Made by a program: the position numbers and the translations under genes. From the human T2T-CHM13v2.0 reference genome, Homo sapiens, in NCBI RefSeq assembly GCF_009914755.1, contig NC_060928.1: a stretch of DNA of 64,000 nucleotides, one strand, 5' to 3'. The stretch's first letter is position 1. Every line of letters starts with the position of its first letter. The notes beneath the pieces are model-generated. The model was not told the origin of the DNA. It searched no databases and saw only the letters and a program-made list of their open reading frames with translations. Shown here piece by piece: positions 54,524 through 64,000 of the stretch.

Positions 54524-54946
54524 AAAAAGGAAGGAAGGAAGGAAGGAAGGAGGGAGGGAGGGAGGGAGGGACAGAGGGAGGGAGGGAAGGAAGGAAAGAA
54601 GGAAGGAAGGAGGGAGGAAGGGAGGGACAGAGGGAGAGAGGGAGGGAGGGAAGGAAGGAAAGGGAAGGAGGGAAGGAAGGAAGGAAAGGGAAGGAAGGAA
54701 GGAAAGAAGGAAGGAAGGAAGGAAGGAAAGGGAAGGGAAGGAGGGAGGGATGGAAGGAGAGAAGAAGGGAGTGAAGGAAGAAAGGGAAGAAGAAAGGAAG
54801 GAGAAAAGGAAGGAAGGGAAGGAGGGAGGCAGGGAGGGAAGGAGAGACGGAGGGAGGGAAGGAAGAAAAGGAGGAAGAAAGGAAGGAAGGAAGGGAGAAA
54901 GTGAAGGAAGGAGGGAAGGAAGGGAGGAAGGAAGGAGAGAAAAGAA
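54524..54946. repeat. ~420-bp near-pure polypurine (GGAA/GGGA/GAAA) tract
   Basis: direct reading; only a handful of pyrimidines. Confidence 0.97.
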
Positions 54947-54947
54947 C

Positions 54948-55469
54948 TTGTTCCCCTCTATGTGTCCATGTGATCTCATCATTTAGCTCCCACTTATAAG
55001 TGAGAACATACTGTATCTGGTTTTCTGTTCCTGTGTTACTTTGCTAAGGATAATGGCCTCCAGCTTCATCCATATTCTTGCAAAGAGCATGATCTCACTC
55101 TTTTTATGGCTGTGTAGTATTCCATGGTGTATATATACCACATTTTCTTTATCTGGTCTACCATTTAGATTGATTTCATGTCTTCGCTATTGTGAATAGC
55201 TGCAATGAAGATATGCATACATATTTCTTTGTGATAGGACAATTTATACTCTTTTGGGTATATATCCAGTAATAATTTTCTGGGTCATACTGAGGCCTAT
55301 TGGAAGGTGGAGGGTGGGAGAAGGGAGAGGATCAAAGAAAATAACTAATGGGTACTAGGCTTGATGCTTGGGTTATGAAATAATCTGTGCAACAAACCCC
55401 CATGACATGGGTTCACTAATATAACAAACATGAATATGTACCCCTGAGCTTAAAATAAAAGTTAAAAAA
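54948..55469 (+). mobile_element. L1PA13-like 3' end with 5' inversion (inverted part 54948-55287, forward part 55286-55469)
   Basis: ttgttcccctctatgtgtccatg...(reversed) then catactgaggcctattggaaggtggagggtggg...taaaataaaagttaaaaaa. Confidence 0.9.
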
Positions 55470-55474
55470 TGAAG

Positions 55475-55750
55475 AGCTGGACAGTGTCTCACACCTGCAA
55501 TCACAGGCTATTGGGAGTTCAAGACAGTTGGATTGCTTCAGTACAGGAGTTCGAGACCAGCCTGGGTAATATGGCAAAATGCCATCTCGACAAAAAATAC
55601 AAAAATTAGTCAGGCATGGTGGTAGGCGCCTGTAGTTCCAGCTACCTGGAAGGCTGAGGTATGAGGTGATCACCTGATCCCCGAAGGTCGAGGCTGCAGT
55701 GATCACTCCACTGTACTCCCACCTGAGCAAGAGTGATATCCTGTCTCAAA
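55475..55750 (+). mobile_element. AluJ (diverged)
   Basis: ggattgcttcagtacaggagttcgagaccagcctggg, ggtcgaggctgcagtga. Confidence 0.85.
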
Positions 55751-55948
55751 GAAAAAGAAAGAGATCAAGGAAAAGAAAGAAAGAGAGAGAGAGAGAAGGG
55801 AGAAAGAAAGGAAAGAAAGGAAAGGGAAGGGAGGAAGGAAGGAAGGAAGGAAGGAAGGAAGGAAGGAAGACAAAAAGAGGAAAAGAAAGGAAAAAGAAAA
55901 AAAGAAAGAGAAAGAAAGAAAGAAAAGAAAAAGATAAGAAAAGAAAAC
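55748..55948. repeat. ~200-bp GAAA/GGAA polypurine tract (expanded Alu tail)
   Basis: direct reading. Confidence 0.95.
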
Positions 55949-56136
55949 AATTTAATGGTGGAATTTAACCAAACATAAGTGTAAAGAAGTTCCTATAACA
56001 GAACTGGGACAAGTTTTAAAGTCAAAAACTGGTTGAACAATATGTACAACTCTCTGGATAAAAACACATCAAGGAGATCGAGGATCTTTCAAAAATTATT
56101 TAGGGATAAAATGTCAACACTAGATAAAGAATGTGA

Positions 56137-56438
<302 letters not shown>

Positions 56439-56479
56439 AAAGAATGTGAATTTAAAACCTCAGCAATGGTGAGGTAATT

Positions 56480-56788
56480 GTTAGAAACTGGTGGTATAAT
56501 GTACTTCTGGGAACATCTAAATCAAGCCAATGGGGTTTAGATTAGCAAAGATTAGCGAAGTCCTATCAGAGATGAGTCAAGTTTGCTCATTAGAAAAGTT
56601 CTGCATTGTACTGGAATGGCCCAGCCGTATTAACCCTACTATCCTAGTCATGGACTGGGAAGCAACACAGAAATATCCTGGTTTTGGTGTGGACACTGAT
56701 GTATATCTCAAAAGTATTCAGGATGCATGATGCCTGTAACTATATTCCTTGCAGTGGATCTAAGCAGTGCACTCCCAAAGCCACCACA
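56480..56788 (-). mobile_element. Ancient ERVL/MaLR-type LTR fragment (family uncertain)
   Basis: ctagtcatggactgggaagca...ggatctaagcagtgcactcccaaagccaccaca terminus. Confidence 0.4.
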
Positions 56789-56927
56789 GTCATGAAAGAA
56801 AAGAATTATTTGTACTAATTCTAAGTGCAAACTTGAGCAAATGGCTGCAAGAATAATTGGAAAATCTTGATGGGATCTGACAAGCATGTGAGACCTTCAA
56901 GAATCTTAGAAATATTACAATACCCCC

Positions 56928-57280
56928 TGTATCTGCCAGGGTTGTCCCAGAGAAACAGAATCATATATATAAAGAAAAATCCAATCAATAATGCAGGCTG
57001 TCAGCAAGTGCAGGCTGGAACTTTCAGCCCTGAACTGAAGCTGCAGTCTCCACATGGAATTTCTTCTTCAGGGAAACCTTATTCTGTTCTTAAAACCTTT
57101 CCACCAATTGAATCAGTTTCACTCAAATTATCTAGCATAATCTCATTTGCTTAAAGTGAACTGATCATAGATGTTCATCACGTCCACAAAATATCCTTAA
57201 AGCAATAGCTGAATTCAAGTTTGATTGGATTATTGGGAGTTACAGCCTAGGCAAGTTGACATATTATAATAGCATTAACA
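56928..57280 (-). mobile_element. MLT2D/E-like ERVL LTR
   Basis: cagggttgtcccagagaaacagaa...cttaaagtgaactgat..tagatgttcatcac...agcctaggcaagttgaca. Confidence 0.78.
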
Positions 57281-57669
57281 CCATCTCCCAAAGAAGAGGA
57301 ATCTAGCCCAAAGACATAATCACAGGGACACAGTAAGGTAACTGAAAACAACAGAAATACCAGATGAGGCACAGTTGGTTGGGAGAAATAGATCCCAGCA
57401 GGGTCTGCAAGCATCAAATATAACATCTATGGATTAAATCACCATGTTGTGCTGGAGTATAGGGCTGTAGGTAGAAAATATTCCTGACCCAGAAGAGCAT
57501 TGAGACACAAATAATTGGCCACAAATGTGAAGGTAGAAGATACCTTGAGGCATGGAACTTGGAAAGTTACTCTAGAAATTCCCATCTTAATAGCACATAA
57601 ACATATGTTAAACATAGAATCCTAAAAAGTACAGCATTTAAATCTTTAAAATTATTTTTTAAAAGCTGA

Positions 57670-57981
<312 letters not shown>

Positions 57982-58681
57982 CATACTGATATTCTTCATG
58001 GCAAAAAAGAATAAACCATAAAACATGTTCACAAAACAAACTAAAAATAAAATCTAGAATTTTAAAATAGTATTAAAAATTGTTTTAAAAGGATAAAACC
58101 TTTCAAAGAAAGTTTAATCAAAATTTTGTAATATAAAAATCAAACAAATATGAAAATAAGACATGAAAGGTCAACAAAGCAAAAAACAAAAAATAAGGAT
58201 ATTTATATAGTTTTAAAATCTTTAAAATTTTATGACTAGGCAATAGGAGGATACAGAATAAAAACTAACAGATTTCAGCAATGAATTACAAAAATGAAAA
58301 TTATTTCAGTAGTAAAGACCGAACTAAAAGAAATTATGAAACATTTAGGGATGAAAAAGTTTCTAAAATGAAAAACACACTGGAAGAGTTTAACATCATA
58401 TTAGACACTCAAGAAGAAGAAAAACACATAGCAAATTTTAAGTCATAGTTTTTGAAACATTCCAAATGAAGTACACAGATGGGAAGTGACTCAGTGAGTT
58501 TGGGGAAATTATCAAGCAGCCCCAGAAAAACAGAAGAGAACACAGGGAACTAGAAACAATGTATTTCTAAATTTAGTAACTGCAACTCTTGATATAAGAA
58601 GTTCAGTGAAACCAAAGCCAAAGTAAGATTACAAAATTACATTCAGAGGTATCATAATAAAATGGTTAAAAGGGATTGATA

Positions 58682-58984
58682 GGCTGGGTCGGGTGGCTCA
58701 TGCCTATAATCCCAGTACTTTGGGAGGCCGAGGAGGGCGGACCACCAGAGGTCAGGAGTTCGATACCAGCCTGGCCAACATGGCGAAACCCGTCTCTACT
58801 AAAAATACAAAATTAGCTGGGCGTGGTGACACATGCCTGTATTCCCAGCTACTAGGGAGGCTGAGGAAAGAGAAGCCCTTGAACTCGGGAGTCGCAGTTT
58901 ACAGTGAGCCAAGATTGTACCACTGCACTCCAGCCTGGACGACAAGAGCGAGAGACTCCGTCTCAAAAAAAAAAAAAAAAAAAA
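58682..58984 (+). mobile_element. AluSq/Sp-like
   Basis: full dimer, gacaagagcgagagactcc; TSD gggattgata (58672-58681, 59000-59009). Confidence 0.93.
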
Positions 58985-59940
58985 GAGCAGGGGAGCAGGG
59001 GGATTGATAATGAGAAAATTTTGAAACATCTCTTGAAAGGAAGACATATTTTGTACCAAGAAACTAAGATAGAAATTATAGCAAATTTCTCATCTGAAAT
59101 TATGCAAGCCACAAAACAATGGAATAATTGTTTTTAATTATCTTAAAGATTTAAATTTAAATTAAAATTTAATTTAAAGATTTAAATTAAAATTATCTGA
59201 AAGATAATCTTTAAGGTAATTTTAATAATCTTAAAATACTGCAAGGAAATACATGTCAGCCTGAATTTTTAGCTAATAAAGATATTCCAAAAATGAGGAA
59301 CATAAAGATTGCTCAGAAAAAAATATAAACAGAAAATGTATTGCCAGCAGAGCATTACTACAGGAAATGTGGTAAAGTTAGTTCTTCAGGAATAATAAAA
59401 ATTGTACCATATGGAAATGTCTATCTATACAGATGAGTGAAAAGTGACAGAACTGGTAAATATATGGCAAATGTAAAATGTCTTTTTAACATTTGTAACA
59501 TCTTTTGAAGTAAACTGATGGCTTAAAGCAAAAATACTAACAATATATTGTGAGTTCTAGGTATTATGAAATGAAATATATCGCTACAATTGAATAAAGA
59601 ACATGAGTAGTAAAACGAAAGTGCACTTTTGTAAGGATTTTACAATATTATGAGTGCAAGATATCATTTCAAGAGGAATTGTGATGAGTAAATACATATA
59701 TTATTAATTTTAGGGCAATTACTAAAAACTAAAACCAAGAGTTATTGCTACAGCTTATAGTTATAGCTATAATCCTATTATGAAGATAAAGTAGAAGCAT
59801 AAAAAAAGCTTCATTCAATAGATGGCAAAGAAGGAAGAAAAAAGAACTAAATACAAATCAAACATAAAGAAACAAATAGCAAGATGGTAGGTTTAACATC
59901 ATCAACCTCAATAATTTCATAAAATCTACATGGTCTAAAC

Positions 59941-60151
59941 CTGAGATTGGAAAATGTTTTTGTAGAGGACCAGGTTGTAAATATTTTAGGCTTTAAGGGC
60001 CACCTATAGTCTCTGTAAATATTCTTTGTTTACTTATTTATGTGGCTTTTACAATTCTTTAAAAACATAAAATCAATTCTTAGCTCAAGGGTCATGGAAA
60101 AATAAGTCTTGGCTCAAATTTGGCTTGCAAGTCATACTTTTTCAACTCCCA
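59941..60151 (+). mobile_element. MER58C-like hAT-Charlie MITE
   Basis: gtaaatattttaggcttt..gggccac...ttacaattctttaaaaacataaaatcaattcttagctc; 8-bp TSD gtctaaac/gtctaaaa. Confidence 0.75.
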
Positions 60152-61004
60152 GTCTAAAATCAATGTGCCACATTTCTACTTTAAATAATTAAAAAAAAGT
60201 AAAAAGGAAGTTAAGTGCAAAGTAAGGAGAAGGAAAACAAAAATAAAGATACAAACAGATATCAAAAAATTTAAAAAGTAAGTTCAGGAAGTAAGTAAAA
60301 CCAAAAACTCATTCTTTTAAATTATCAATAATATGGATAAAGCTCATATTTACTTGTATATTTATGTCAGTAAATTTTAGTAGTTTTTTTACTTTCTTTC
60401 AAAGCTTCAATTGAAATAATACTTACAAGATTTAATATTTGAGTAAAATAATATTTATTAAAATGCCATGAGAATACCTGGAGCCTAGTAGGTGCTTAAT
60501 AAATTCTAGTCTTTGTCCCTTGATAATGCTTCTACTAACAAGTTGCTTTTTTTTGTAATCATGATGATCACCTTCCTCTATTGACTATGTCACCTAATTG
60601 TCAATATATTCTCTGTTGTGACTAGAGAAATGGAGAAATAACTTGAACCAGTTATGTTGTCTGGTAAATATTAGAAGAGACAAGTTAAGTTATGGTTCAA
60701 AAGAAGTCAACTTTCCTGTTCATTGTTTATCTCAGTTTACACTCCACTGCCTTTCTTAAAATAAACAAACAAAGAAAAATTCCCTGTTCAAGAACTTCAT
60801 GGGATAACAATATTTTACCAATTTCTTGTAAGTAGAAATATTATCATTTTCAAATAAGGTAACATAGAAAGCTTCTACCATGATCAAACAACTAGAATTA
60901 TTACACAATAATACAAATGAGTGAATTTTATTCACCTCATGGCCTTCCTTACGGAAAAGTTGCTTGGATGTAAAAAAGATCATTTCAGATATTTAAAACA
61001 TACA

Positions 61005-61368
61005 AAAATTTGTGTCCCCTCCAAATTCAGGTGTTGAAGCCCTTGACCCCCAGTGTGACTATCTTTGGAGATAGAGTTCAAAAACGTAATAAAGTTAAAT
61101 GAGGTCATTAGGGTGGAGACCTAATCCAAGAGGATTGGTGTTCTTTAACAAAAGGAAGAGACACCAGGGGTGCTCACACACAGAGGAACAGACACAGAGG
61201 GAAGGTGGCCACCCACAAGCCAAGGAGAGAGGCCTTGTCAGATGTCAACCCTGCCAGCCACTCAATCTTGGACTTCCAGCCTCCAGAACTGAGACAAAAT
61301 AAATTTCTGTTGTTTAACTCACCCAGTCTGTGACATTCTGTTATGGGACCCCTAGCAGACTTACACAC
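61005..61368 (+). mobile_element. MLT1A/B MaLR LTR
   Basis: tgtgtcccctccaaattca..tgttgaagccc...gttaaatgaggtcattagggtgg...ttggacttccagcctccagaactgagac. Confidence 0.88.
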
Positions 61369-61729
61369 CTATCATAGTTTTTCATCTATGCATGTGAAAC
61401 AACATTAACCATATAGGCAAAAACAAAATAGAAGACAGAAGTAAGTCAAAATATATAAATAATTCCAATAAACACATATGAATTAAGATATTCTATAAAA
61501 ATTAGAGGATTCAAACTGGATTAGATAAAAATCCAGCTGTATGTTGTTTTAAAAGGCACACGTAAAGTGAAACTTTTGAAGGCATGAGAAATATGTGTCA
61601 TGGAACTACAACCAGAAGAAATATGGGAGCAACGTTAACATTAGACAGTTTACATTTTAAGATGTAAATAAGAGAGTAAGTAGGAAAAAATGTTTAAATA
61701 CATGTCTTCAATTTGAAGTGGCCCCATGG

Positions 61730-62450
61730 TGTTCCTGGAACAAAGCCAGGTCCAGCTGCATTTTCTTGAGGCCCAATAACAAGAAGCACACGAACTAGGA
61801 AAGAAGGGAATTTATTACTATAACTGGATATAGCGAGAAGGCCAGAGATATTTCCACGAGACCAACTCAAAGTGTTAAAATTTTCTTAGTGCTTACATTG
61901 GTTGGGGTTACGTGCCTACGTGCAGTATAGCATTTGCCTAAGTCTATTGGTAACTAATTTTGTTTCAGTTAGAAGGTCAGAGGCAAAAAATGCTTGCTAA
62001 GTCTGATTAAAAGGGCCCCAGTACCTTCAAGACCTGTCTACTGTGGTGCCAGAATGATTATTTCTGTCTTATCCCCTTTACATTTTGGTCCGGAGAGCTG
62101 CCTTAGACTCTCCAATGGAATCTATTTGCACAGCTGCGTCTGTTACCTTGACTTGTCTCAGATTCCATTGACCTGAGATGAGTCTTGGCACTAGGAATGT
62201 AAGACTGTCTCTATTATTTTGACTTGCTGCAGGTTAGGGAGAAGCCTATGCAAGGCTCCTGCTGACCATATGTTTCATTTCTAGCTTTGATGGCTGGGCA
62301 CCGATTTCCCTAGGTTTAACTATTTGCTCAATGTTAAAGCAGTGCTGTGGAAATCCACCTGTGTAACTGGAGTGCTATGCAGGCCTGTCTGTGTGACTGT
62401 CAGCAGGCCTGTCTGTGTGACAGACAGACTTGGAGAATTGGCCCGCCACA
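61730..62450 (-). mobile_element. ERV1-class solo LTR (MER72-like, 721 bp)
   Basis: TG...CA termini; perfect 4-bp TSD atgg (61726-61729, 62451-62454); internal direct repeat gcaggcctgtctgtgtgac. Confidence 0.8.
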
Positions 62451-64000
62451 ATGGCACATTGAGAAATGATGGAAAAAAGACTCACAGCCAGACAAATCCT
62501 AACAATATTCAGGGTTTCTTTGCATACCATGGAAACTTAATGAGCCAGATTAATGTTAAGCTATACTATCCGTTTAAAAGGGGAGTTGAATAAAAGCTTT
62601 CCAAAAAAAAAGCAGTCTCACAAACTTATTCTTAAAATATGTTTCAGTAAATTGAGAGATTAAACAAACAAACAAAAAAAACATGGAATCTAGGAAAGAA
62701 TGGATTCATCACAAGAAAGTAAAAATAGGCTAATGTAGAAAGTAGTGTAGTTGTACAGATAGTCTAGAAACCAAATACTCGGATTAGAGGAAGAGAATGG
62801 AAAACTGCAAGAGAGCGAGATAGCTGCAGGAGAGAGAGAGAAAGAGACACATATTTTACTATCCTTAGTAATCTATAATGCAACAAAACAAAACAAAATT
62901 ACCTAGAGGAAACATAGTCAAACTACTGGACATACAACTAACTGCATTTACATGGTCTTTGGAGATAATTCTACAAATTGTATCTATTGATTTTAACTTT
63001 CAGATTTACTATATAGTCAATGTACAACTAAATATAAAACATTAACCCATGATGTTAAAAATAGATAGAAGCATACAATGCAAAGAAGTTGGGTGCAGTG
63101 AGGAAAAGCAAAGGAGTATATAGGAGCTAATTATATGTCCTCAAAATACGAGGAATCAAGAGATGCTCTCCACAGGTGATGGTGCAACACACTTTTAAAC
63201 TAACTGTACTATTGAAAGTTAGAGAAGTAGCCAATAGAAGAATTAGAATAACAATGTGATGTCTTGGCAAAAAAGAGGTGAGAGTGTTGACATATACTTA
63301 ACACAACTCTACCATAATAAAAAGTCAGTAGATAATGTCTGAAGTTAGTAAAAAATCAAGCATTTTTTAACAATATGTTAGTGGAAAAGATAAGAATGTA
63401 TAAGAGAATTAAAAGTGCTTAGAATAGTGGGGTTGGGGTAAGAGGGGAACTGAAATTATTTATTATAAGCTTTCTGTGATCCTCTGATAAAACTGAAAAC
63501 AAAATCATTCAAAAAAATCTATCTGTACCAACAATCTCTTTACAATGTAAGATGAACATTTATGATTCTTCTTTAAACATACCTTTCTTAAATTACTGGA
63601 GCCATAAAATGTATTTTTCTGCAACTGAGTTGACAGAAAGAGACAGGCAATAAAAAGTTTCTGGGAGGTACCAAGGGAAGCGCTTTATAGATTCAGGCTT
63701 GGTTCTATAAAATAGCAGAAAAGGCAGCCACGACCAGTGGCTACATTCAGTGAATGGTGGTGGGGGAGGGGGTGATGAATCAGCCCAAACGCTCCAGCAG
63801 AGAATGAAAAAGTCAGCTACTCTGGAAGTAAAGAAATAAAGGTAATTTCAAAGGTCTGAATAGTTTGTGTTCAAGCTGTGAGACTATGAACCTGGAAATT
63901 AATATTGACTCACAAATTTCATTCTAATATTGTATGAATATGCCATTAAAACCACTAAGGAGAGGAGTTAATGGAGATTTAAAAAAAAGTATAGGACATC

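Larger units (their letters stand above)
58230..60350 (+). mobile_element. Old L1M ORF1/inter-ORF relic interrupted by an Alu and MER58
   Basis: agcaaatttctcatctgaaattatgcaagcca..aacaatggaat, attgccagcagagcattactacaggaaatg. Confidence 0.6.

Noticed and set aside
54469-55978. Several 60-160 aa ORFs rich in G/R/K/E or S/F/L/P
   Set aside because: Stop-free only because polypurine tracts lack T; low complexity.
62379-62421. 19-bp direct repeat gcaggcctgtctgtgtgac
   Set aside because: As I recall, this is part of the LTR family consensus, not a locus-specific event.

Overview
This is AT-rich, CpG-poor primate (human-like) genomic DNA, intergenic or deep intronic. I found no recognisable protein-coding gene, RNA gene, CpG island or prokaryotic system. 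The longer supplied ORFs fall in Alu, L1, LTR or GA-rich low-complexity sequence, and none of the rest resembles a protein I recognise. The window is a dense mosaic of transposons: about 14 Alu/FRAM copies, nested L1s of several ages, L2/MIR relics, hAT DNA transposons (MER5, MER1B, MER58C) and many solo LTRs (THE1C/D, MSTB, MLT1, MLT2, MER41A, MER49-, MER67-, MER72-, LTR33-like). Subfamily names come from remembered consensus sequences and need RepeatMasker/Dfam confirmation. Best-supported oddities are three independent 5'-inverted (twin-primed) L1 insertions, a perfect 52-bp tandem duplication, long GGAA/GAAA purine tracts, a closely spaced inverted Alu pair, and LTR-borne DUX4- and HIF-type motifs. 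One of the L1 inversions is extreme: about 35 nt of 3' end is fused to an inverted 5'UTR/ORF1 piece, roughly 5 kb is missing, and the TSDs are intact. More speculatively, four minus-strand exon-like segments in unique DNA splice in phase into a 62-aa ORF; this is a hypothesis only.
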